64,000 nt of DNA from an uncultured Candidatus Saccharibacteria bacterium (GTDB lineage: Bacteria > Patescibacteriota > Minisyncoccia > 2-02-FULL-40-12 > GWA2-44-9). Of the stretch, positions 39,668-49,649 are shown one piece after another (position 1 is the first letter of the stretch; every line of letters begins with the position of its first letter). The notes beneath the pieces are model-generated. The model was not told the origin of the DNA, ran no database searches, and was given only the letters and a program-made list of their open reading frames with translations. The position numbers were made by a program, and so were the translations under genes. Location of the stretch: NCBI GenBank assembly GCA_964436165.1, contig CAYTBY010000001.1, positions 73,452 through 137,451 of the forward strand, given 5' to 3'.

Positions 39668-41072
39668 TTGGCGCTATCCGCGCTCTCTTGTTTACATGTT
39701 TCAATTAAGCGAATATAATATCCATGATTTTTGGGCTTGGTATAAAAGAACGGATGACTTTAGCCGGGTTGAACGGCGCAAACAGCTCGAGATGACCTTA
39801 AAGGCTGTTTTATTGATGGTAGTTGCTTTAGCCATGCTGACTCTTTCCTATCTCGCCGTAGCCGTTACATTATGGTTTTTCGCGAGTTCATATAAGTATA
39901 TATTGTTTTTTATTTTTGTTTTGGTTTCTCCTTATCTTTTAGCATATGAGCTGGTTGTCTCGTTACTGATGGTAAAATTTTTTATCCAACGGCCAATCGA
40001 GTATTTTATTATAAAAAAAGCACGGCAGAGGCTTCAAACGCACAAAGCCATCAGGATAGGCATTGCCGGCAGTTTTGGCAAAACAACGATGCGGGAAATT
40101 CTTAAAACCGTTCTGTCTGAAGGAAAAAAAGTAGCCGCCCCGCCCCACAGCTACAATACCATGCTGGGATTAAGCCGGTTCATTATGGATTTAAGGGGCG
40201 ACGAAGAAGTTCTTATTTTTGAACTTGGCGAATATTATCCGGGAGATGTCCGCAGATTGTGCGAATTAGTAAGACCGCAAATAGGTATTATAACCGGGGT
40301 CAATGAAGCTCATTTGGAAAAGTTCGGCAGTTTGGATAAAACGGCGGGTACTATTTTTGAACTGGCCGATTGGCTCAAAGAGAGCCTTATCTATGTTAAT
40401 GGAGAAAATAAACTAGCCAGAGAAAACGCTTCTGCTCGACACCTAATATATGGCAGAAATGGTTTTGGCCCTTGGAAAGTTGAAAATGCCGCCACTGACT
40501 TAACGGGTACAAAATTTACTTTGACAAGAGATGGCCAGAGATTAGAGGTTGGATCAAAACTCCTTGGCTTGCATCAGATTGGTCCTTTGGTAGTTGCGGC
40601 CGATATCGCAAATCATTTAGGAATTTCTCTTGATAAAATTAAAAAGGGAATTGAAAAAACCAAGTCATTTGACCATCGTCTTGAGCCAAGATTTGATTCA
40701 AGCGGGGTAATTACCCTCGATGATAGTTATAACGGAAACCCGGACGGAGTCAGGGCGGTAATCGAATTTCTCGCATCCTTAAAGGGTCATCGAAGATTTT
40801 ATGTGACGCCAGGATTGGTTGAAATGGGACCTCGGCTGAAGGAAGTTCACAAAGAAATAGGCCGGAACTTAGCAAAAGCGGGGATAGAAAAGGTGGTTTT
40901 AATTAAAAATTCTGTGACCGGTTATATAGAAGAAGGGCTTAGGGAATCCCACTATCTGGGCGAGGTGATTTGGTTTAATGATGGTTTGTCTGCTTTTAGG
41001 GCCTTGCCCCATTTAACTGTAAAAAATGACGTGGTTTTGCTTCAGAATGACTGGCCCGATCAGTACAAATAA
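39639..41072 (+). CDS. murF: UDP-MurNAc-tripeptide--D-Ala-D-Ala ligase (TM-extended type)
   Basis: GIAGSFGKTT, SYNT, FELG, HLEKF, DDSYNGNP; next to ddl. Confidence 0.9.
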   Translation: MIRKWLSRYSWRYPRSLVYMFQLSEYNIHDFWAWYKRTDDFSRVERRKQLEMTLKAVLLMVVALAMLTLSYLAVAVTLWFFASSYKYILFFIFVLVSPYLLAYELVVSLLMVKFFIQRPIEYFIIKKARQRLQTHKAIRIGIAGSFGKTTMREILKTVLSEGKKVAAPPHSYNTMLGLSRFIMDLRGDEEVLIFELGEYYPGDVRRLCELVRPQIGIITGVNEAHLEKFGSLDKTAGTIFELADWLKESLIYVNGENKLARENASARHLIYGRNGFGPWKVENAATDLTGTKFTLTRDGQRLEVGSKLLGLHQIGPLVVAADIANHLGISLDKIKKGIEKTKSFDHRLEPRFDSSGVITLDDSYNGNPDGVRAVIEFLASLKGHRRFYVTPGLVEMGPRLKEVHKEIGRNLAKAGIEKVVLIKNSVTGYIEEGLRESHYLGEVIWFNDGLSAFRALPHLTVKNDVVLLQNDWPDQYK

Positions 41073-41078
41073 TATAAA

Positions 41079-42248
41079 ATGATAGATATGACTAAAACCA
41101 TAGCTGTTATTTTTGGCGGTCGGAGCGCTGAACATGATGTCTCGATTATCACCGCTCACACACCCATTATCCAATCCCTCCTAGCGGTGGGGGAGTTTGA
41201 TGTTTGGCCCGTTTATATTTCCAAAGACGGACTTTGGTATTCAGATAAGGCCATGAATGATATTTTGTATTTTAAAAATGATAACTTTGAAGCCAATCCG
41301 GCTAAACATAAAAAAATTCAGCTCTTATTTGATCAAGGATTAAAAATAATCTGGCCAGGTATTAGATCTAAAACGGTTAAGATTGATGTTGTTTTTCCGG
41401 CAATGCACGGCACTTTTGGAGAAGACGGCAGTTTAATGGGTCTTCTCCGGATGGCCGGTGTTCCTTTCGTTGGCTGTGATCTGTTTGCTTCGGCGGTGGC
41501 AATGGATAAGGTTTTAACGAAACAGGTTTTAGCCGTCGAAGGCATTCCGGTCGTGCCATATGTTTGGTTTACTAAATTTGATTGGAAAGAAAATAAAAAT
41601 GCCTGGAAAGAAAAAATTTCTAAGCTAAAATGGCCGGTTTTTGTAAAGCCAGTTCATCTTGGTTCCAGCATTGCCATTACCAAAGTCAAAGAAGAGAAGG
41701 ATTTAGAAAATGCAATCGAGGTAGCTTTTCATTATGACGATAAAGTTTTGGTTGAAGAAGGGGTGGCAAATCTTATAGAAGTAACTCTGCCAATAATAGG
41801 CAATGAAAAATTACAGCTGGCGGCGATAGAGCGGCCCCTGAATAAAACCGAATTTTTTGATTTTGAGGACAAATATCTTTCCGGCGGCAAAAAGGGAAGC
41901 GGGGTCAATAGCCAATACAGCGAGATCCCGGCCAATATCAGCTCCGAGCTCAAAGAACGGGTAGAGGATCTGGGCAGACAAACCTATAAGATACTGGGAT
42001 GCTCCGGCATTGCTCGGGTTGACTTTTTGATTGAGGGTTCGCTTAATCAGGTTTATGTAAACGAAGTAAACACTCTTCCGGGGAGTCTTTACTGCCATAA
42101 TTGGAGAAAGGTTGGAGTTTCAGACGCAGAACTTGTTACGAAGCTAGTCTCTTTGGCCGAAGAGCGTTTTAATTCCCGCAAAAATACAACCTATACTTTT
42201 AAATCGGATATTTTGAAGAAAACCGGCGGCCGGAAGATGGCGGAATAA
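41079..42248 (+). CDS. ddl: D-alanine--D-alanine ligase
   Basis: FGGRSAEHDVS, HGTFGEDG, MDK, GSS, NEVNTLPG. Confidence 0.97.
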   Translation: MIDMTKTIAVIFGGRSAEHDVSIITAHTPIIQSLLAVGEFDVWPVYISKDGLWYSDKAMNDILYFKNDNFEANPAKHKKIQLLFDQGLKIIWPGIRSKTVKIDVVFPAMHGTFGEDGSLMGLLRMAGVPFVGCDLFASAVAMDKVLTKQVLAVEGIPVVPYVWFTKFDWKENKNAWKEKISKLKWPVFVKPVHLGSSIAITKVKEEKDLENAIEVAFHYDDKVLVEEGVANLIEVTLPIIGNEKLQLAAIERPLNKTEFFDFEDKYLSGGKKGSGVNSQYSEIPANISSELKERVEDLGRQTYKILGCSGIARVDFLIEGSLNQVYVNEVNTLPGSLYCHNWRKVGVSDAELVTKLVSLAEERFNSRKNTTYTFKSDILKKTGGRKMAE

Positions 42249-42271
42249 AATTTTTGTGATAATATCTAATT

Positions 42272-43714
42272 ATGCAGCGTAATAATATACTTGAGACTAA
42301 AGATCTTGTTGGAAAAGAAGTTCAGCTTTTTGGCTGGGTTAATGTCCGGCGTGACCACGGCAAAATAATTTTTATAGATTTGCGTGACCGTTCAGGCGTG
42401 GTTCAGGCTGTTTTTGGCCCCTGGACTCAAGGACTTTACGAAACTGCCAATCAACTTAGGAGTGAATGGGTGATTCGGATCAAAGGCAAAGTCAAAGAAC
42501 GTCCGGAAAAAATGGTTAATCCAGAGACCGAAACAGGAAAGATTGAAATTGAACCCTTGGAATTAGAAGTCTTGAACGAGGCTCTTACCCCGCCCTTTCC
42601 CTTGGATACTCCAGGTGATGATATTGACGAGGATGTGCGTCTCAAATTCCGCTATTTAGATTTGCGGAGGCCGCGACTTCAGAAAAATATAAAATTTCGT
42701 TCAGATTTTGTCGATAGAATAAGACAATTTTTATTTAAAAAAGGTTTTGTAGAGATAGAAACCCCGATCTTATCGGCTCCTACACCCGAAGGTTCAAGGG
42801 ATTTTGTTGTTCCTTCCAGGTTGAATCCAGGTAAATTTTTTGCCCTACCTCAAAGTCCTCAACAATATAAACAGCTTTTAATGGTTGCCGGTTTTGAAAA
42901 GTATTTTCAAATAGCCAGATGTTTCCGTGACGAAGACTTGAGAGCTGACAGAGGATTTGAGCATACCCAAGTTGATATTGAAGTAAGTTTTATAAATCAG
43001 GAGGAATTTATGGCTTTGGATGAGGAAATGATGATTACGGTAGTAGGGGGTATGGGTTATAAAATAAAACAAAAACCTTTCCCGGTCTTTACCTATAAAG
43101 AAGCAGTGGAAAAATTTGGAGCTGATAAATTTGATTTGCGAACTGAAGAAGATAAGGCGAATGGTGTTCTGGCCTATGCCTGGGTTAAAGATTTTCCATT
43201 TTTTGAAAAAGTGGATGCTGCGCACGAAGACAAAAGGAGCGAATCCTCCTTCGCCAAGGCTTCGGAGGACGATGGGAAGTGGACGTTTACTCACAATCCA
43301 TTTTCACACGCCAAACCGGAGCATGTCGATTGGTTATTAAAAGGAGAACATATTGGCGAAATACTCACAACTCAATATGATCTAGTTTGTAATGGATTTG
43401 AAGTTGGCGGAGGAAGTATTCGAGCTCACAAGCCGGAGATGCTTCATGCGGTGTTTAGGATAATGGGTTATGGCGAGAAAGAGATCGAAGAACAATTTGG
43501 TCATATGTTAGAGGCTTTCAAGTACGGTGCTCCGCCTCATGGCGGAATTGCTCATGGGATTGAAAGAAATTTGATGACCCTGACGGGTGAGTCATATTTG
43601 CGAGAAACTCAGGCCTTTCCCCAGACAAGTTCCGGCCGGACTTCAGTTATGGCTGCACCGAGTGAGCTAAGCAAAAAACAACTCAAGGAGCTCCATCTAA
43701 AGATAGAAAAGTAG
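42272..43714 (+). CDS. aspS: Aspartate--tRNA ligase (short form without GAD domain)
   Basis: RDHG..IFIDLRD, RYLDLR, LPQSPQQYKQ, CFRDEDLRADR, GAPPHGG. Confidence 0.97.
   Translation: MQRNNILETKDLVGKEVQLFGWVNVRRDHGKIIFIDLRDRSGVVQAVFGPWTQGLYETANQLRSEWVIRIKGKVKERPEKMVNPETETGKIEIEPLELEVLNEALTPPFPLDTPGDDIDEDVRLKFRYLDLRRPRLQKNIKFRSDFVDRIRQFLFKKGFVEIETPILSAPTPEGSRDFVVPSRLNPGKFFALPQSPQQYKQLLMVAGFEKYFQIARCFRDEDLRADRGFEHTQVDIEVSFINQEEFMALDEEMMITVVGGMGYKIKQKPFPVFTYKEAVEKFGADKFDLRTEEDKANGVLAYAWVKDFPFFEKVDAAHEDKRSESSFAKASEDDGKWTFTHNPFSHAKPEHVDWLLKGEHIGEILTTQYDLVCNGFEVGGGSIRAHKPEMLHAVFRIMGYGEKEIEEQFGHMLEAFKYGAPPHGGIAHGIERNLMTLTGESYLRETQAFPQTSSGRTSVMAAPSELSKKQLKELHLKIEK
43244..43270 (+). repeat. In-frame palindromic element in aspS
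   Basis: tcctcc-ttcgccaaggcttc-ggagga-c = SSFAKASED. Confidence 0.85.
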
Positions 43715-43717
43715 CGT

Positions 43718-44656
43718 ATGAGATTAAAGCTTTACACTGTAACAATTACAATCATTGTTCTCTTTACCGTAAATATTTTTTTGGCTGTAAAAAATTCTCG
43801 TGATATAATTCTTAGCGAACCGGCATCCTTTAGCAATTATAATTATGATGACGAGGCTTACCTTCTTCCCATTTCTGAACCAAATTACATTCCTATTCTC
43901 AACGCTAATCTTCCCAGGCCGGTTCTAAGCGGTAAGTCAGCCCTGGTCTACGATACTCGTTCGAGCCGTTTTCTATACGAAAAAGATATAGATTTAAAAC
44001 TGCCAATCGCTTCGTTAACTAAAGTTTTGAGCGCGGTTATTGTTTTGGAAAAACTTAATTTGGAAGACATTGTAACCGTATCAGAGCAGTCTATAAAAGT
44101 CGACGGCGAGAAACAAGATTTATATTTAGGCGAAAAATTAAGCGTTAAAAATCTTCTCAAGCTGATGCTGATTGAATCATCCAATGATGCGGCTTATGCT
44201 TTGGCGGAATATGCAAAAACCAGAGATATTAACTTTATTGAAGCAATGAATGCTAAAGCCGCGGCTATTAGCATGAAGAATTCTTTATTTTTGGATCCAG
44301 CCGGTTTGGAGGATAGGGCCTATTCGACCGGAGAAGATTTAGTTAAACTGGTAGAATACTCCCTGAACTATCAGGAAATCTGGGATATATCTTCCGAGAA
44401 AACAGCGATAATAGAATCAAGCGACGAAAGGATAAAACATTCTGTGATTAGCACTAATCGTTTGCTGGGTTTGATAAAGGATATCGTCGGCGGTAAGACG
44501 GGTTTTACTGAAGGTGCTGGTCAGTGTATGATTCTTGTTGCCAGCGTACCAGAATACGACGGTAAGATTATTAGTATTGTTTTAGGTTCAGGCGATAGAT
44601 TTGGCGATACCCAGAAGTTAATAGAATGGACCAGAACGGCGTATAGGTGGAGATAG
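43718..44656 (+). CDS. D-alanyl-D-alanine carboxypeptidase (S11)
   Basis: ASLTK, SSN, GGKTGFT. Confidence 0.93.
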   Translation: MRLKLYTVTITIIVLFTVNIFLAVKNSRDIILSEPASFSNYNYDDEAYLLPISEPNYIPILNANLPRPVLSGKSALVYDTRSSRFLYEKDIDLKLPIASLTKVLSAVIVLEKLNLEDIVTVSEQSIKVDGEKQDLYLGEKLSVKNLLKLMLIESSNDAAYALAEYAKTRDINFIEAMNAKAAAISMKNSLFLDPAGLEDRAYSTGEDLVKLVEYSLNYQEIWDISSEKTAIIESSDERIKHSVISTNRLLGLIKDIVGGKTGFTEGAGQCMILVASVPEYDGKIISIVLGSGDRFGDTQKLIEWTRTAYRWR

Positions 44657-44667
44657 ATCATTCAAAC

Positions 44668-44740
44668 GTAACTAGTAATTAGTAACTAGTAATTAGAAAA
44701 TTTAAGTATATTCAATTACCAATTACCAATTACCAATTAC
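44668..44740. repeat. Inverted pair of heptamer arrays
   Basis: (gtaa[c/t]ta)x4 ... (caattac)x4. Confidence 0.8.
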
Positions 44741-44743
44741 TCT

Positions 44744-45817
44744 TTGGCTGGAGACGTTTTCACAATCTTCAATGTTGTCCGTATTTTTGCCGTTGCAACG
44801 GTGGCTTTTTTTGTTACGCTTTTTATTACACCCTTTTGGACAAAAATTTTATATAAGTATCAGCTAGGCAAAGGAGTGGTCCGTCATGAGAATGCGCCTA
44901 TTTTTTCGGAACTTCACAAGAAAAAAGTCGGCATTCCCACAATGGGCGGAGTGGTTATTTGGGCGACGGTATCATTACTAACGATTGGCTATTGGCTGTT
45001 GGCAAAGCTATATCCCGATACGGCTATAGGCAGCATAAATTTTCTTTCCCGCGGCCAAACCTGGGTTCCTTTCGCCGCTTTAATAGTGGCGGCCTTATTT
45101 GGCTTATTGGATGATATGCTGGGTGTTTTGCGCAGAGGTCCTTGGGGCGGGGGATTAAGGATGCGCGACCGTTTGGTTATGTATGCAATTGTCGGGGCTG
45201 GTGGTGCCTGGTGGTTCTATGCCAAGCTCGGTTGGGATTTTATAAACATTCCTTTCCTTGGCGATTGGACCATCGGCTGGCTCTATATCCCGTTTTTTAT
45301 TTTTATAATTATTGCCTCGGCTTTTTCGGCTAATGAAACAGACGGCCTTGATGGCTTGGCGGCTGGAGTTTTTCTGACAATGTTCGGAGCCTATGCGGCT
45401 ATTGCTTTTGATCAGGGGAGAATGGATCTGGTTGTTTTTCTGGCGGCGATTATGGGTTCTTTGGTTGCTTTTTTGTGGTTTAACATCTATCCGGCCAGAT
45501 TTTTTATGGGTGATACCGGTTCAATGTCGCTTGGAATAACCCTTGGGGTCGTGGCGATGCTTACTAATGCGCCCCTGCTCCTTATCCCGATTGCCCTCGT
45601 TTTTATAATGGAATCCGGTTCGGTGATAATCCAGTTAACATCAAAAAAATTACGCCAGAAAAAAGTATTTCTCTCTACTCCAATCCACCACCACTTCGAA
45701 GCCCTCGGCTGGCCCGAAACCCAAGTTACAATGCGATTTTGGATGGTAAGTGCTATCGGGGCAATAATCGGTCTTATTATATTTCTCGTTGACTCCAAAA
45801 TCCCCCCGTTATTTTAA
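44744..45817 (+). CDS. mraY: Phospho-N-acetylmuramoyl-pentapeptide transferase
   Basis: PTMGG, GLLDD, NETDGLDGL, FMGDTGS, PIHHHFE. Confidence 0.97.
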   Translation: MAGDVFTIFNVVRIFAVATVAFFVTLFITPFWTKILYKYQLGKGVVRHENAPIFSELHKKKVGIPTMGGVVIWATVSLLTIGYWLLAKLYPDTAIGSINFLSRGQTWVPFAALIVAALFGLLDDMLGVLRRGPWGGGLRMRDRLVMYAIVGAGGAWWFYAKLGWDFINIPFLGDWTIGWLYIPFFIFIIIASAFSANETDGLDGLAAGVFLTMFGAYAAIAFDQGRMDLVVFLAAIMGSLVAFLWFNIYPARFFMGDTGSMSLGITLGVVAMLTNAPLLLIPIALVFIMESGSVIIQLTSKKLRQKKVFLSTPIHHHFEALGWPETQVTMRFWMVSAIGAIIGLIIFLVDSKIPPLF

Positions 45818-45859
45818 TTGTCTTATAATAGTTTCGTTCGAAACCATTATAAGACAATT
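45816..45859. repeat. Solo AT-rich palindrome (21-bp arms)
   Basis: aattgtcttataatagtttcg-tt-cgaaaccattataagacaatt. Confidence 0.8.
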
Positions 45860-45981
45860 TCAAAATATTCTTAATATAAGAAGAACCGAGTCGGTTCTTT
45901 GGCGAAAAACTTGACTATTTCTTGACTTTGTGTTATTAGTGGAAGATTACTCTTTGACAACTCAATAAGGAGACCCGCTAA

Positions 45982-47754
45982 ATGGTGAATTGGGCTAAGA
46001 GATTTCTGGATAGACGAATAACTAATCCCGGCGTCAGGTTGATGGTCAATGCCATAGGTCAAGAGAAGGGCGTAAAAAAGGTATTTTTAGTCAGTATCTC
46101 CGGCTCCATACTGGGCGCATTTGTGCCGCTGATATACGGAAAAGTTATCAGAATGGCCGGAGACCGAACCTTCACCGTAGAATATATCCTTCTTTTTGTG
46201 CTGATGTGGATGACTATTGATCAAATACGCAACTGGACCACCAGATATTCGGATAAACAGGGCGTTTATACTTCCTGGGACGCTGACTATAATCTTTTTA
46301 TGAAGTCCTTGGCTCATTTGGTCCGGCTTCCGATGTCTTATTTATCAGAGCAACGGCTTCATAAGACCGTAGAAAGAGCGGCGCGGGGAGCGGACTATCT
46401 GGGAAGAATGATAAGAGACGTTCTATTTTCGCTTATTCCCCACTTCTTGAGTTTAGTATTTTCTTTTGTTCTCATGTTCTGGCTTCAGTGGCAGCTGGGC
46501 GTCCTTGTTCTTCTAACCGTGATCCTTTATACCTTCGCGATGACATCCAATAACAAGAAAATAGTTACTCTGAACCGGGAGAATAGAAAAATTTGGGAAG
46601 AGGCCTGGGGTCATATGGGTGATGTGACGAGTAATATCAAAGCCGTTAAGGCCAATACCAATGAAGAGTTTGAGATAGAAAGGATCGAAATTAATTTCAG
46701 CAAGTGCTACGGCAATGAGAGAAAAGTTCAAGATCTAAGGAATAGAATTCAGGCCTATGAACATTTTATATTCGGCTGCGGTTCTGTAATAACCCTTGCT
46801 CTTGGTTCTCTGATGTTAAGGTGGGGGATGATCGATGCCGGCGGTTTGTTCTCTTTCCTTGGATATATTCAGCTGGCCTATACTCCGTTTAGCCGCTTGG
46901 CCCACAACTGGCGGTTTGTTCTGGAGACATTGGTTGTTGAAGAAAGAGTCGCCAAGTTTCTGGAAGTGGAAAGAGAGAATTATGAGAGCGGAGATGAAAT
47001 ACTGATCACCGGAGATATTGAGTTTAGGAATGTAACCTTTAAGTATGGAGAATCGGGGAGCGATGTTCTGAAAAATATTAATTTATCAATTAAAGAAGGC
47101 GAAACCGTAGCTCTTGTCGGAGGGAGCGGTGTCGGTAAAACAACCCTGATAGATCTGTTGTGCAGGTATTATGATCCTTCAGACGGACTGATAACAATTA
47201 ACGGCCTGGATATAAAAAAGTGGACGCTTAAGTCGCTCAGGTCTCAAATGGGCGTGGTTCCTCAAGACGTATCTCTTCTCAACGATACCATTAAACTCAA
47301 TATTGCCTACGGAGATATTGAAAAAATATCTGATAAGGCGGCCATAGAAGATGCGGCCAGAGCTTCTTATGCCCATAACTTTATTACCGGCGATAGATTC
47401 ACCAATGGCTATGATCAAATAGTGGGTGAAAGAGGCATAAAGCTTTCAGCCGGTCAGAAACAAAGAGTGGCTATTGCCAGAGCCCTGCTCCGAGACCCTA
47501 AAATTCTTATCCTTGATGAAGCGACTTCGGCTCTTGATTCTGAATCAGAGATGTACGTCCAGCAGGCCCTGGAAGTGCTTATCAAGAGCAGAACGACCTT
47601 GATTATAGCTCATCGTTTGAGTACGGTTAAAAAGGCGGACAAGATTGTTGTCCTTCACGATGGAGGAGTTGCCGAAATTGGCAAGCACTACGAGCTGATA
47701 GCCAGAGATGGAATATATAAGAAACTCATTAATCTGCAGAGTTTCAAGGAATAG
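45982..47754 (+). CDS. ABC exporter, fused permease/ATPase (MsbA-like family)
   Basis: 6 TM + GGSGVGKTT, LSAGQKQR, LDEATSALD, IAHRLST. Confidence 0.95.
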   Translation: MVNWAKRFLDRRITNPGVRLMVNAIGQEKGVKKVFLVSISGSILGAFVPLIYGKVIRMAGDRTFTVEYILLFVLMWMTIDQIRNWTTRYSDKQGVYTSWDADYNLFMKSLAHLVRLPMSYLSEQRLHKTVERAARGADYLGRMIRDVLFSLIPHFLSLVFSFVLMFWLQWQLGVLVLLTVILYTFAMTSNNKKIVTLNRENRKIWEEAWGHMGDVTSNIKAVKANTNEEFEIERIEINFSKCYGNERKVQDLRNRIQAYEHFIFGCGSVITLALGSLMLRWGMIDAGGLFSFLGYIQLAYTPFSRLAHNWRFVLETLVVEERVAKFLEVERENYESGDEILITGDIEFRNVTFKYGESGSDVLKNINLSIKEGETVALVGGSGVGKTTLIDLLCRYYDPSDGLITINGLDIKKWTLKSLRSQMGVVPQDVSLLNDTIKLNIAYGDIEKISDKAAIEDAARASYAHNFITGDRFTNGYDQIVGERGIKLSAGQKQRVAIARALLRDPKILILDEATSALDSESEMYVQQALEVLIKSRTTLIIAHRLSTVKKADKIVVLHDGGVAEIGKHYELIARDGIYKKLINLQSFKE

Positions 47755-47798
47755 ATCCGAGAGAAATCTCGGGTTTTTTGTTGTATAATTAAGTTATG

Positions 47799-47863
47799 CC
47801 AGGTAGTAGAAGTTCCGAATACCTGGCTGGCGGCTTAAATTTATCGGAACTTTCACTACCTGG
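47799..47863. mobile_element. MITE-like element, 65 bp, 20-bp imperfect TIRs, ATG duplicated
   Basis: atg|ccaggtagtagaagttccga...tcggaactttcactacctgg|atg. Confidence 0.75.
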
Positions 47864-48937
47864 ATGGTTAAAGCGTTACTTTTCATAACCCTAGTCCTTC
47901 TTGTTTTTGGTTTGGTTGTTTTGTCGTCGGCGGGGATTGTCGAGGGTCAGAAGAAATTTGGCTCGTCATATTATTATTTAAATCATCAGCTGTTTGGAGT
48001 GGCCATCGGTCTGGCGGCGATGTTTATACTGTCAAAGATTGACTATAAATTTTGGAAGAAGGTTTCACTTCCAATACTGCTCGGAGCATTGTTTGTTCTG
48101 GCCCTAGTTTTTATTCCTCCTTTCGGTCATGGCCTTAAGGGAGCTAATCGGTGGATAAATGTGGCTGGTTTTTCTTTCCAGCCGTCAGAGCTTTTAAAAC
48201 TAGGACTTATTATTTACCTTGCCGCCTGGTTCGGTAACCGAGACGAAAGAATAAGAAACTGGACTTATGGCATGGCTCCGTTTTTTCTGGTTTTGTCTTT
48301 TGTGGCGGCTTTGCTGGCTCTTCAGCCGGATATCGGAACGCTCATAGTGGTAACATTAATCTCTCTGGCTATTTATTTCTTTGCCGGTTCAAGGTTAAAA
48401 CATCTAGCCATTATCGGAGTTGTTATCGCTGTTGTTTTGGTGGGGATGATATGGCTTGAACCGTATCGTTTTAATAGGATAAAGACATTTCTTGATCCGT
48501 CATTTGAACCACAGGGGATTTCTTATCAGCTTAATCAATCACTGATCGGTATTGGTTCAGGCGGGATGTTCGGTGTCGGATTCGGTAAAAGTACCCAAAA
48601 GTTCGGTTTTCTTCCCGAGGTTATTCACGATTCCATATTTGCTATTGTTGTAGAAGAGTTAGGATTTGTGGGGGCATCATTTTTGGTAGGACTGTTTTTG
48701 CTTTTTACTTTTTTGATGGTTTGGACGGCTAATAATATAAGCGATAAATTCGGCAAACTTTTGATTATGGGAATGGCAACTTGGGTTATCGGCCAGGCAT
48801 TTTTGAATATTATGGCTATATCCGGTCTGGCGCCTTTAACCGGCATCCCTCTGCCATTTGTTAGCTATGGCGGAACGGCAATGATGACGATTCTCGCCGG
48901 AATGGGGATTGTATTAAATATCGCCAGAAGAGCTTAA
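47864..48937 (+). CDS. ftsW: Peptidoglycan glycosyltransferase FtsW (SEDS)
   Basis: GANRWI, FQPSELLK, LQPDIG, LPLPFVSYGG-like GIPLPFVSYGG. Confidence 0.93.
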   Translation: MVKALLFITLVLLVFGLVVLSSAGIVEGQKKFGSSYYYLNHQLFGVAIGLAAMFILSKIDYKFWKKVSLPILLGALFVLALVFIPPFGHGLKGANRWINVAGFSFQPSELLKLGLIIYLAAWFGNRDERIRNWTYGMAPFFLVLSFVAALLALQPDIGTLIVVTLISLAIYFFAGSRLKHLAIIGVVIAVVLVGMIWLEPYRFNRIKTFLDPSFEPQGISYQLNQSLIGIGSGGMFGVGFGKSTQKFGFLPEVIHDSIFAIVVEELGFVGASFLVGLFLLFTFLMVWTANNISDKFGKLLIMGMATWVIGQAFLNIMAISGLAPLTGIPLPFVSYGGTAMMTILAGMGIVLNIARRA

Positions 48938-49035
48938 TTATACTTGCTGGCCGTCTTTGGGATGAGTCTCCGCTCGAAAGCACAAACGGATTATTGTGAG
49001 TTCATTGTAGTTTGCAAGTTGTGAATTTTAAATCA

Positions 49036-49077
49036 ATATGTTTATAATATGTCCGGTCGGACATATTATAAACATAT
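49036..49077. repeat. Perfect palindrome (20-bp arms) upstream of the PaaX-like gene
   Basis: atatgtttataatatgtccg-gt-cggacatattataaacatat. Confidence 0.9.
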
Positions 49078-49104
49078 ATATTCTGATATTAATATTAACC
49101 AAAA

Positions 49105-49623
49105 ATGAAAGGGGATTTTATTTTAAAATTTATAGAGGTAATGAGGGAAATCGGTTGCGGATTAAGCGAGAGCTGGGATCAGAGGCCGGTTTATAAAGGT
49201 TGTAGATTTGGCCGCTCGAAAAGGCGAGTTGATCAGGGTTTCAGAAATCTTAGAGAACGAGGGCTTATTGTTGAACGGCGAAGCGGTAAATTTAAGTTTA
49301 CGCCCGAAGGTCAGGAATGGTATCGTAGCGCATTGCTGAAATATTTCAGATCTACCGGCCAAAAGTGGGATAAGAAGTGGAGGGTGGTGATTTTTGACAT
49401 ACCGGAAGAATTAAGCAGAGAACGAGTTAAATTCAGAAGAAAATTAAAATCTCTAGGTTTCTATATGTTGCAAAAGAGCGTCTTTATATTTCCTTACCCC
49501 TGCGAAGAGGAAATAGCCGGTTTTGCTAATCAGCTAAAGGTCGGGGATTACATTAATGTTTTAATTGCCGAATCAGCCGGTTATTTGGACGAAGAGGTGC
49601 GAGGGTTTTACGGCTTTAAATAG
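49105..49623 (+). CDS. PaaX-like protein (wHTH + Cas2-like central domain)
   Basis: LRERGLI...FTPEG; WDKKWRVVIFDIPE, LGFYMLQKSVF. Confidence 0.88.
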   Translation: MKGDFILKFIEVMREIGCGLSESWDQRPVYKGCRFGRSKRRVDQGFRNLRERGLIVERRSGKFKFTPEGQEWYRSALLKYFRSTGQKWDKKWRVVIFDIPEELSRERVKFRRKLKSLGFYMLQKSVFIFPYPCEEEIAGFANQLKVGDYINVLIAESAGYLDEEVRGFYGFK

Positions 49624-49649
49624 TAAAAATAGCCGCTTAAATAATTACA

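Noticed and set aside
49105-49623. CRISPR Cas2 / CRISPR locus
   Set aside because: No repeat-spacer array or cas1 in the window; the wHTH + WDxKWRxVxFDIPE pattern fits PaaX-like proteins.
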